Assembly (NCBI RefSeq): GCF_002113885.1
Contig: NW_018407282.1
Coordinates: 1-64,000 of the forward strand
Length of the DNA: 64,000 nucleotides
Reading direction: 5' to 3'
Source of the DNA: Mizuhopecten yessoensis
Taxonomy: Eukaryota
In this document: positions 41,291 to 53,200 of the stretch, in pieces
Layout: every line of letters begins with the position of its first letter
Position numbering within the stretch: position 1 is the first letter of the stretch
Made by a program: the position numbers and the translations under genes
The notes under the pieces: generated by a model
The model's input: only the letters and a program-made list of their open reading frames with translations
Database searches by the model: none
Told to the model about the DNA's origin: nothing

Positions 41291-44200
41291 ATGTCTGTCA
41301 AGGTAAGCTAACCGTCTGAGAAACAATAAAGAAAGCAAATTAACAAAAGTGTTATTGAAACGAACCAATTTTAAGTTCCAGTCGTTGTGTCGGGATACCT
41401 TGCTAAATGACACGCCCGTTTGAGTCAAATGAGTTGTCTTTCCTTGATTGCTTTTAACCTAGCTATTATGTACTAAAAGCTACTTTTCATGATTTTGCAC
41501 CTTTTTTTAACTTTTTCTTGTCGTTATACTATTATTTCGTTCCAAAAGCATATAAGCGTTAATAGGTGTTACCATGCAGAGCCGCTTACCTGTCGGAAAA
41601 TACCTAATTTGGGAAGTACTAAATTGCTGAGTTGTTATGACCAGATTTGTCTTGAATTGTTATAAAGCCTGGATGTGTTACATTAAAAGGTAATGATACA
41701 AAATATCTTTCACTATTTTGATATATAAATATTTGCTGGTGTTTTATATGCACAAAAAAAACACTAGTTCAGATAAAAATATTTTAGCGTTTCAGGCCTT
41801 TTGGATTCTTTTAATTTGTGTTACTTTTATTTTTTTATTTATTTACAGATTGGTATAATTGGGGGATCAGGTCTTTCTGACCCGGACCTTTTGAAAAATG
41901 GAGCTGAACAAGAAGTGGATACACCATTTGGAAAGGTTTAAATAACTTACCTTAATATTTTACCATCAATAGGTTCATGTTCTGTGTAATCCCAACATCT
42001 GTTATATATCTAGCAGAAATTCACCAGCCTCCACTTAGCTCAATTGGTTATAATATATAGGACATCTGTCTGGAGATTGGAGGTCCCAGGTTCGAATCCT
42101 GGTCTGGCCGTGTTTTAAGTTTTGGATGTATACTTGGCAAGGGGATACCCAAAACTAGGTTGTAAATAGTGTTGTTTCTGGGGTCATAAGACCTAGAAAA
42201 GGAGGGAGGGAAGTGGGGGGGGGGGAGGAATATAGCAGAACTGGACTGCAGGTTAGTTTCTTGTGACTCTTATTGTCTCTTGATTGATTAGAGTGTCTGT
42301 CCACAGTTTGGAAGTCCCTGGTTCAAATCCCCGTCCGCTGTGCATCTTTCCTCTCACGTTACATATATATATATCAGATATATGTACCCAGGTATTAGTT
42401 ACCTAATTTGGCTTTGAACAAATTAAAACTGTTTGCACTAAAACTTTGGTCCCAAGCAGGCAGTACTATTTATATCCAATTGGAATATCAGAATTTTTGT
42501 CGGAAGTATTTTGGATCCCCACCGGTAACATCCTTTGCTTGTGGAACAAAGTTTGTTTTGCAGCATTTTTCATTTGTCCCTCAACTTCTTAGCCCTTCAT
42601 CATCATCAGATGGCCACATTGACAATTAAAGATGGGGCACGTTTTCCCAAGTAGTTCTGGAGTGATCATTCTCAAATTTCAGAGGTAGATGTTCAGTTAT
42701 GTGACAGATCAGAAGAACAGCATGGCTGACAGGTGGCCATCTTGGATTTTGACGGTTGACAACTGATTGTTATGACTATTTCCTAGAACGTCGCAAATTT
42801 CTAAAGGAGCTTCCTGTTGGTCTTTAGTTGTGCATATTCAGTTTTTGGACTGATCATCAAATGAACATGCAAAATTTGATTTGACATAAAGTATCGTTAT
42901 CGCTTCTTCTCAGAAAGTGTTGGAGGCCGGAATCTTTCTAAAATGGTACTTGTACATTTAGGTTACCATTGGACCTTATTACCTTGTAAGTTTAATTTTC
43001 GAACTGATCACATGATCAAGATGGCTACCAGACTACCAATCATTGCCGAAATATCCAGGTGAACTAGTTCATCAGGCCTTCAAGACCTCTTGCTTACCTC
43101 AAAAAAAAATTGAGTGAACTATTTCTGGTAAAGTACCTTCATTTTTGTCTAACTCTTACGAAGAGATATTGTCTTCTATTTAACTAGTTAACTATTATCT
43201 TTATCATTACCGATATGTGATTATGATAATTTTCAGCCATCAGACAGTCTGAAGACTGGTGAGATTGCCGGAGTGCCATGCGTACTCCTAGCCAGACACG
43301 GGCGCTCCCACGCCACCATGCCCACCAATGTCAACTTCCGAGCTAACATATGGGCACTCAAAATGGTCGGTTGTACACATCTTTTGGTGACTACTGCATG
43401 CGGATCCCTACAGGAAAACATACACCCGGGGGAAATTGTTGTCCTGGACCAGTTCATTGACAGGTGGGTTCATTTTTAGGTTTACGTAATATCAAAAGGT
43501 TTTAGCATAGTCCCATCATCCAATATCTATTTTTTAACTATCTTAACAAATCAAAATGTTCAACAATCTTTATCACAGCCTGGCGTTATCATTTCCTCCA
43601 TTTGAGTAAGTGAAAGGTAATAATCATTGACATGTGATGTTGGGAAACAGTTAAAATTGTTTGATCAATTGTCCGTTTCACTTTTAACTACCTTTGACCA
43701 ACCAATGAATGATTAGATTGATTTCCTTCCCTAGAAAGATAAATGTTGTAGTGAGTAAGCTACACTAACCTAAGTCGATCACCATGGCTGGTTCCTCCCG
43801 ACAGAAAATAACAGTCAGTTACATAGTGTGTCAATTTGTTACATAGTGTGTCAATTTGTAACATAGTGTGTCAGTTTGTTACATAGTGTGTCAGTTTGTT
43901 ACATAGTGTGTCAATATGTGACATAGTGTGTCAATTTGTTACATAGTGTGTCAATGTGTTACTTAGTGTGTCCTTAGTGTGTCAGTTAGTTACTTAGTGT
44001 GTCAGTTTGTAACGTAGTGTGCCAATATGTAACATAGTGTGTCAGTTAGATACTTAGTGTGTCAATTTGTTACTTAGTGTGTCAGTTTGTTACTTAGTGT
44101 GTCAGTTTGTAACTTAGTGTGTCAGTTAGTAACTTAGTGTGTCAGTTTGTAACGTAGTATGCCAATATGTTACATAGTGTGTCAATTTGTTACTTAGTTC

Positions 44201-47200
44201 GTCAATTTGTTACAGTGTGTCAATTTGTTACAAATTGATTTAGTTTGTTACATATTGTGCTGGTTTGTTGCATAGATTTTCAGCACATTGTTATTTTCAT
44301 GTTTATATACATCAGCTAGTGCAAACTAATTGTAATCTATTGTTTTTCTCCTGTGTAGAACACAGAAAAGAATACAAACGTTTCATGATGGATCTGAAAA
44401 TGCTCCACCTGGTATTTGTCACATGCCTATGGCTGAACCCTTCTGTCCTAGAACAAGTCAGGTAAATCTGGGTTTTTTTTGTGTAGATAGAGTATGGACA
44501 TTTTTATTTTTGTGCCAACCACCAGTCTAAAATGTAACATTTGTGTTCTTACTGTAATGTTACAACTGTGACAGAACTGGACTGAGTCAATCGTCGGCAA
44601 CCAGGTAGCTCAATTGGTAAGGCATCTGTCTAGAGTTCGGAGGGTCCAGGGTTTTAAGCCCCATCTGGCTGTACATTTATCTTTCTTCTGTTACCCAATT
44701 ATAAATGTTCATGTAAGGTCAATCTTATTAGATATCTAACTTGTTGAGATTCTCCCGTTTAGTCTTTGTCATAAACCTAATTGATAAAAGCGATCAATCA
44801 TCTCTCACGCCAAGAGGTAACATATGGCATCATTAGAAACTGAGACAAGAGCAACTGACACTTTTGATTTATCTTGAAATAATGTGTTTCTGATGTTAGA
44901 AAAATTAACGTGTACACTGTCACCATCAGTATTTATAAGAAGAAACAAAGAATGTGTAAAAAGATGAACTATGACAACTGAATGATAATAATCTTAATCG
45001 ATTGATCTTGTAGCTTCTGTACGACTGTGCAAAAGAGCTTTCGATTGGGTGCCACAAAGGGGGCACTATGCTGACCATCGAGGGACCACGGTTTTCTTCA
45101 AAAGCTGAGAGCAAGCTCTTCCATTCCTGGGGAGCTCATTGTATAAACATGACAACAGTACCTGAGGTAATGTAATGAATTATCTCCCCTTCCTTTTTGA
45201 TGTCGCATAAGTAAAATAGGTAATCTGTCTTTGACGTCTTAACACGCCCAAAGTATACCTACCAGGTAATATGAAATAATGGATTATCCCCCGTGAAACA
45301 ATAAATCAACATGAATACATTTCTTCCTGGAGGTAAAATTGCATTTTGAACAAACCTAACTTCAGTACATGTATAGACGTGACTGGAGAAACTGGAGTAA
45401 TACAAGGATATATTTCCCATTAATTTAACTCTATGAACACAAATACAGGACCAGACATTAAGTAAAAGGTACCAATATTTCAACTCGACTACAGTTACCA
45501 CTATAAGTCCTTACTACCACTACTGTAAGGTTTGGGGGTTTTCTTTCTATTAATGTGAAGCAATGTAATAGGTTTTTCCTGTTGTTATCTCCCTTTTAAA
45601 TTGCTACCACTGTTTTAGGTCATATATCCCTTTCTTTGGAGATAATGTAAAACTAGGGCTTGTTCGTTTATGCGGAACAAACGGTTTGTCTGTTTTTAAA
45701 TGTAACATTTTCAAGTATTAATACTAGCGGATCTGCAAATGTTTATAAAGGCTTTGTCAAGGCTCTCCTGAAAGCAATATCAGATTACTAGGTCCAACCT
45801 TATTTCATAAACGAACAACTCTGGTCAAACAGATTCAACTTTTTGGATCATGATAAATGTAAAAGGCCTCGGTTTTGTTCCAATAAATATCCTATAAACA
45901 TGACAACATGACCAGAATGCCAGAGCAAGATACATTTAAGTTGGTGCCGGGTATATCTACCATTTGTTAATAAACATGACTACAAGACCCAAAAAGTGGC
46001 TTTTAAATGTTGCATAGACATGTCAATAAGATAAAAATTGATTAACCAAAATATTTCTTCTTGAAAGGATGTTTAAAACCGGACCCAAGGCAATGGTATA
46101 TTAACCTGACTACAAGTATTGTAAAAGTAATTAATGACAGCACTAATAGGTTAAAACATTTGAGAGAATCTATATGAGTAACTATATTTGAAAATCGATC
46201 AAGCTTATACTGTGGCTAAACATTGACTGATGATTATGGTGTTCCTAATTGAGATGTCCTGTAAAAATATAGTGTAGCGACCAGGTATCTCAGTTGGTAG
46301 AGCATCCGTCTTGAGTTTGGTAGGTCCTGGGTTCAAATCCTGGTCTGGACGTGCATTTTTCCTCTCCTCTTATTAACACAATGACATTATTTGAAAGCAA
46401 TATAATGGGTTATCTCCTTGTTAACTTTTATGTCAGTATGACTCTGAGCAGAACAATGGTTATTATATTATGTTGAGTCAATGACTTTTTATCGTTGTCA
46501 GGTTGTGTTAGCTAAGGAAGCAGGACTTTGCTATGCGTCAATGGCTCTTGTCACAGATTACGACAGCTGGCGGGACAATACTGAAAGTGTAAGTGAGGTT
46601 ACTTAGTTTTAATGTGTTCATGCCAAACAATCCATTGTTTGTTTCTTTCATCCTGAAACAACATCCTCACATAATGGCAACATATTTAGTCTAACAGATT
46701 CTCAAGAAGATCGCTAGATTTGAATCTAAAATCAACCCACAGACATATGGTACATTATGTACAAATGTATATATATATCATCAGGTAAATTTCAAATAAA
46801 TTCTGTGTTTAGATTTAATTCTATTCACGTGAAATATCTGTATAATTGAATGTATATTTTTTCCCTTTGAAAGGTCAATGTTCAAAATGTCATGAAGACG
46901 TTCAAGTTAAACGCCTCCAATGCACTGAAAGTACTAATGAAGGCCATCCCACTGATTGGACAACAGGACTGGAGTGAAACCATTAAGGCAAATCAGGTAG
47001 GTCATGACCTTAAAACTCACCTGGTGTAGAGAGGCTTAACAAGCTTGTGTCATACACTGGCAGCCATCTTTAAGTATAAATTTTCAGGATACCAATTGCA
47101 AGGCTGATAGACAGCGGTACCTGAACTTAACTGAACATTACTAAAGAGCTTCTCTGAGATTGAAGCCAGTCTTGCTACCATAAAGCTGGTCCATGTTCCA

Positions 47201-47450
47201 CTTTTATATTTATCAAAGCATAATTCTGAGATCGCAGGTATGCAGGATATGTAACAGTTTCTAGACAAGGCAAATGATATCTTCAATTCTGCTGTAAGAA
47301 AATCCAAAGGTATTTCATATCAAAAGCAGAACCGTTAGATTTAGAAGACAATCTAATGGTGGAATAATTCCATTTATAATTGATTTCAATGTTTTTCTTT
47401 CTTCACAGGATATGGTCAAGTCCAACACGATGTTACCACATAGCTACTGA
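41291..47450 (+). CDS. MTAP: S-methyl-5'-thioadenosine phosphorylase, 277 aa, 8 exons
   Basis: Exons 41291-41302, 41849-41935, 43237-43463, 44359-44461, 45014-45166, 46502-46588, 46874-46996, 47409-47450 (834 nt). Motifs [77 protein letters not shown]. Confidence 0.97.
42570..43093 (+). mobile_element. Decayed HINE-type element in MTAP intron 2
   Basis: Repeated (C)ATGGCT..GCCATCTTGGATTT units and a 3' CAGGTGA..AGGCCTTCAAGACCTCTTG hairpin-like end. Confidence 0.5.
43815..44232. repeat. 20-bp tandem repeat (GTTACWTAGTGTGTCARTTT), ~20 copies, MTAP intron 3
   Basis: Directly visible. Confidence 0.95.
46276..46378 (+). repeat. tRNA-like dispersed repeat (not a functional tRNA); related copies at 42026-42112, ~42290-42363, 44594-44694 (+) and ~6215-6290 (-)
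   Basis: GACCAGGTATCTCAGTTGGTAGAGCATCCGTCTTGAGTTTGGTAGGTCCTGGGTTCAAATCCTGGTCTGGAC has A and B boxes but a broken anticodon arm. Copies share a TTTCCTCTC..TTAC(A)-like tail. Confidence 0.7.
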
Positions 47451-48978
47451 CCGGGAGGAAATCCATCACTTTGACTTCAGCTACACAATAGCTTAAGTTT
47501 ACACCTGTACTATATATATATGCAAACTTTTTAACCATGAAAATTCAACGAGTTGTAATTGTGTTATTCCAAATGTATTCTGAATCCATCTCAGTGATGT
47601 TTGGCTCCAACAGGGTTAACTGCAATTACTGTATAAAGACCAGGAATCAACCCTTCTTTGTAACTGCAACTAAATCATACCTAACGTTTCTGATTTTGAT
47701 ACCATTTAATTGTCTAAACAGAACTCTGTCTTATTCAGAAACCTGTATAAACCAGCTAACAAAGTGCCCAGAGATACACATTTCTGTGTAAGTTGAATAT
47801 ATTTAATCTGAAAAAACAGCCTGTTCTTGATGAAAATCTTGGTTCCCAAGGTGTTTGAGTTAAATGGTCAGCTATTGGGTGTTGCAACATGTGAAATTTT
47901 CCACACCTATTTCAGTGATGACCATACTTCATAAATTACAACCAAATTGAGCTAAAGAGAAATTTCAATAAAGTGACGCTAGATGGTAACTAAGAACAAT
48001 TGAAACCTATCACACAGATGTATACTGAAACTATGAACTTGAATCGAACAATAGTCTCAAAGGACTTCTAGTTCATATGATTTTATACTACTTTTGGTTG
48101 TGATTGAAGAAACATGTGCATCACTGAATCAGGTGTGGATAGTTCTACATGTAGCACCACCCAGTAACTGGTTATATAATAGGAAGACCAAAGTCAAGGT
48201 GTAGAAGAAAACATCACAATCAAAATCCTTTACCCTACAACAAATTTCACTTTTTGTCTTTGGATGCAAAGTAGCCAATCATAGATATTTATTTTAAACT
48301 TCAACCTTCTTTTGTAAACTTCACAACTAAATATCATATCGGTACATCACAATTTTTGCCCATTTTGAAATTTCCTTCTTGTTAAGCAAAAATAAACTGG
48401 GGTAAATATTTTAGTTTCCAGTAGTTTATGGATTAAATGAGCTAAAAACAATCGTGGGTTAAACCCAAAAAGTTTGGAAAATCCATATACAGGTATATCC
48501 GGTGGCCTACGAGTCAAAATTCTCATTAAAACACCATGTTATATTGTCATTAAACTTTACGACTTGCAATCACTTGAACAACGATGTCTCATCAGTGAGA
48601 AGGTATGGCTAGTTAGCCCTCACTCTAATTGTTAACTTCTGTTACATCTCTATATATAATCAGATTTTATTATTATTATTCTCGTTTTCGCCTGCTTTGT
48701 GATAAATATTTTGCATTGTATAGGTCATGGTCTGAAGATATCACGGAATCATTTTGAATATATGGTAATCAATTAAAAATCAAAGATGGCTGCCAGAACC
48801 CAAAATATTATATGTTTTTTTCATAATTTGTAACCAGTATAGTCTTGCCTGTACCCCCATGTATTGGGTATAATGTATAACTGTTATTATTTCGATATTT
48901 TATTTTCGTTATATAGGGGTGTTGACCCATTTACTGACGAAAAACAGTCGACCAAAGTTCAATCAAAAGTTAGGTTAG

Positions 48979-49175
48979 TACATTGTACAATCAAACCTGT
49001 GTGAGAGGCCACCACTATTAACCGACCAACTATGTAAAGAGACCACTTAGATGTCCCAAATGCACTTATTTTCATGTTAACTGGACTTGTATATGGGATC
49101 ACCTGCAATACAAGACCAATTTATTGACTTCCTGCAGGTGTTCTCAAAATACAGGTGTGGCTATGTGTGACTGTA
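48979..49175. mobile_element. Decayed pogo/Tigger-like MITE
   Basis: TACAATCAAACCTGTG..GGCCACCAC start, internal GACCAC motifs, and a CAGGTG..GACTGTATA end. Confidence 0.4.
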
Positions 49176-50260
49176 TAATAGTGTTTCATCTTTTGGAGGA
49201 CGAGGTGCCACTTTTGTTTTTGCAAATTATAGACGTGAATCTATCAACAAGTATCTTACAAAATGTAAGTGATACATTTTTTTTTATGAAATGCATCATA
49301 AAGGTCAATGTACCTTGAGGGGGTAGTGAGAATTTTACATCAATTTTGTTGAATTTTTGTTTGTCTCATTCTGTACTTTCAATATAAATTTACCAGCAAC
49401 ACATGGATGTTTTTCATAACTGTTAATAAAGTTTCTCTAAAAAAATAAAAATTGTAAGTATCTTTTTTTAATGTTTTCTATATCCAAACAAATTATGTAC
49501 TGAACAGTAGTTGCTATTTAGATTAATATAATTCTTGGTACCTGAATACATGTATATGAAGCACACAAATAAAATAGAAACAATGTTAGGAATAATTAAT
49601 GTTTTTGCTAAAGTCGAAATTCCAATTAGCTTTGGCCTTCAATTCAGTATAATGTAGCAGGTATAAAAGAATGTAAATTTTGTGTTAAACGAATAAACCA
49701 GATAGATATGATCAAGAATAATGTATATAGCACCACAAACAAGGAGAAAATATTAATGGAAAAAATAATATTCTTCAGCAGTATGAAAATACAACTGAAT
49801 GAAAAGGTGATAATGTGTTCAAAGAAATCCTTTCATTCATTTTTAAGAAAAGAGGTTTTGTCCCACATGAGGTAACCCTTCCTCATTCCTTATTCTCTGA
49901 AGCAACAAAAATATTAAAGTGAAATATATAGATCACAGTCATGATGTAATTTTATTTTTCCAAGAAATATTGATCTGTTCCATATACAAGTTGTATGGTG
50001 AAAACAAGTAGGGACAGTTGGGACCAACTCTTTGATTACAACTTTCATGATTCTGAAACTTAAATTGGTGTATATATCTTGGGTTTATCTTAATGTAAGC
50101 CGGCTTACAGTGAGTTTTCAGCTCCTTGATGAACATGATTCTTAAGTTGCATTTAACTTGTGCAACTTAAAGATATAGCATTGGCAGATAGAAATTGTCA
50201 ATTCAAAATCTTGCAGTGTATATTGTATAATGTTAGCTGTGTCAAGGTTTGTGATACAAG

Positions 50261-53200
50261 TTACTTCTGGTCTGTGGAATAGTCTTGTTTCCAGAGGAAC
50301 TCAGGCTGATAAGAGTTGCCTATCTCACAACTGTTACTACAGGTGTACACACACAGGGTACCCCAGTCCAGGCTGTCACTGAGCTGGTCAACCTGTAGAT
50401 GACTCAACAACTGCGGCATCACCTGTAACATATTTTCACAAAATATTTGTATTTATTAATATCACAATAACATCAAATATGATGTTTTCAAAATATTTAT
50501 TGAAATAAAACAGTTGAAGTGTAAAATACTAAATACTGTATGCATATATTTTAGTATGTTTAATATGAGAATGTACAAGTTGGAAATCATCAACTTGCAG
50601 CAGAAAAGCCTTTAACAAGCCATACAAAATATCCATTTAGTTACAATATGAACCATTTTTTGAATGCATGGCAGTAGGGATGTTTAAATGTAACATACAA
50701 ATTCTGTACAGCAAAAACAAATCTAGTTTTGCTGTCAACACTTTGTCCAGTAGAATGTTGGCTGTATGAGTGAAGGGAAATGTATTATACCTTTTGTATA
50801 TTCCATAAAGAAAAGAGGACCAAAAAGAGAAATTTAAAAAGTTCTAGAATTTTGTATCCCATTAATATGGGCCCTGGAGTTTCTGCGAGAATCAACTGAA
50901 AGCGTTCTTATGAAGGAGTAAGATCACATGGTCATACACTTCAAAAACCTTAAAAACACCTTTGGACTGAAGTGATATACATGCATCTCCATTCTAACAA
51001 TCTTCAGTACAATTCAGAATTCAAAAATAACATCTGACATTGGCAACTAACCGGTTAATTTCCAAATGTTTTCATTGCCATGGTACAGTATATACGTACT
51101 GCATGTTATAATAAATATGTCAAAATTTTGACTACATACACTTCTGCAAATTAACATAAATTTAAAACAACGGTTAAATAATATTTCTGTTCAATTATAA
51201 AAATAACTTTCCATACCTGAAATTCAAATATACGTTTGGCACCACAAGAACATGCTGGTATGTCTGTTTCTTTTGGTATGTGATTCACTGACACCAATAG
51301 TGGCTGACCTCCTTTATTGTACCTCAAAACCTGAAATCATAAAAACAAATTAATTGAAAATATAAATACTGTTTAAAAGTTTAGTAAAGAGAGCAAAATA
51401 TATGTTTTAATATCGATCAATTTCTGTTCAGTTTAAGTCTGCTTCATAGACCAAAGCAGTATAAAAGTTCTCCCTAAAGAAGTTCTTTCGGTAACCACTT
51501 GGTCCATGAATGAAAAGTATAGCCCAACAATTTTGAAACTATAATCTTATCAACCCTTCCTGAACCATTGAAATAATACCCCCATCAACATGTCCTCTAC
51601 CACTAAAACTACAAACTTCAACCTGTCCTCTGCCATTAAAAGTATAAAAACAAAGCCCCGATCAACCCTTCTTCTTTGATATCACTGTAACTATACACCT
51701 TCAACCTCTATTATTTAAATATAAATCAGCATCAGTCTTTCTCTACTCCCCAAACCATGAGTGATTTCCTCCATTATTCTACCACTGAAACTAATGCCCC
51801 AAGTAACCCTTTCTCTACAAATAAAAATGTATCTCACCATCTATTCTTTTAACAATCAAAACTAAAAAAAACATTCTCTTACCTTAAAGTCTATGACCCA
51901 CCTATTCCATTTCTCTTTACCCTATCCAGACATACACTAAATGAGTGTATACATATCTTCATGGTTTTGATTTACTAAGCATGGAATTTTCCTAATACAA
52001 TCCAATTTATCACATTCACCCCTAAAGTCACATTTGAACCTTAAATTATCAAATCAATGACTTGGCAAGTCCAATTGAAATATGTAGGGGTGAATGAGTT
52101 AATCTTTTTAACATACTTGATCAGGATTTGTCTTTATCCGTTCCTTGAATTTTCTGAAAATCTTGTCATCCAAATTTTCTACTGTAGCCATTTTTTCAAG
52201 TTCACTTTTCGGGACACTATCTGGAATCAGATTGCCTGCTTTGTCTGATTTGAGGAAGTCCTGGTATTCCTCCCACTTTTCCTTTTCTCCTTTTGTATCA
52301 CTTTCATCATCAGAGTCAACACCATCCAAATCTTCAGTTTCTGTGATAATTTCAAATTCTGGGAACAGCACACCTTTAACATCTGTTCTCACTGTTTCTT
52401 CTACAAAGAGATAGTATACATACTTTGATTATCAGACCTGGGTAGAAATGTAAAAACCTTTTTGCAAAATATACATTTTTGTCTACCTAATGCCTGCTAA
52501 GTATTTAATCTTATTTTTTGAGAATCTTAAGAATAAACCTTGATTTTGTGGGATTTTAAAATACAGGAGGTTCAAGGAGCATGTACTGTTCACTTAATTG
52601 TTATCTAGTGATGTATGTAATGATGTTGGCAAAATATACTTAATGCTGTAATGTGTAACATTTGATATGTACTTAATTTACATTCAGAAAGTAGCTACTT
52701 AAATTAACTCTTTTTAGGTCACCTGAGCTTTAGCTCTAGTGACCTATTGCCATCCGTTTTCGTCCGTCGTCCTCGTCCGTCGTCCATTAACATTTTACAT
52801 TTCAAACTTAATGTCAAGTTCTGCTGGGCCGATTGAACTGAAAGTTGGTAGGAATGATCTACTCATAGTCCTGACAGTGTTGATATTTTTCAGGTCAATC
52901 AGAAATCCAATATGGCCGCCACGGCCGCCATTTTGAAAAACTATTTCAAACTTAAAGTCAAGTTCTGCTAGGCCGATTGAACTGAAACTTTGTAGGAATG
53001 ATCGAATCATGGTCCTGACAAAGTGTTGTTATTTTTCGGGTCAATCAGAAATACAATTTTGCTGCCATGGCCGCTATTTTGTAAATACCTATTTCAAACT
53101 TAAAAACAAGTTCTAATAGGCCGATCTCACTGAAAATCGGTCTAGGAATGATCATCTCATGGTCCTGACAAAGTTAAGTTAACATTATACTTAACTATAA

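Noticed and set aside
44594-44694. Functional tRNA genes in MTAP introns
   Set aside because: Broken anticodon/T arms, divergent copies and a shared non-tRNA tail mark them as repeat-derived.
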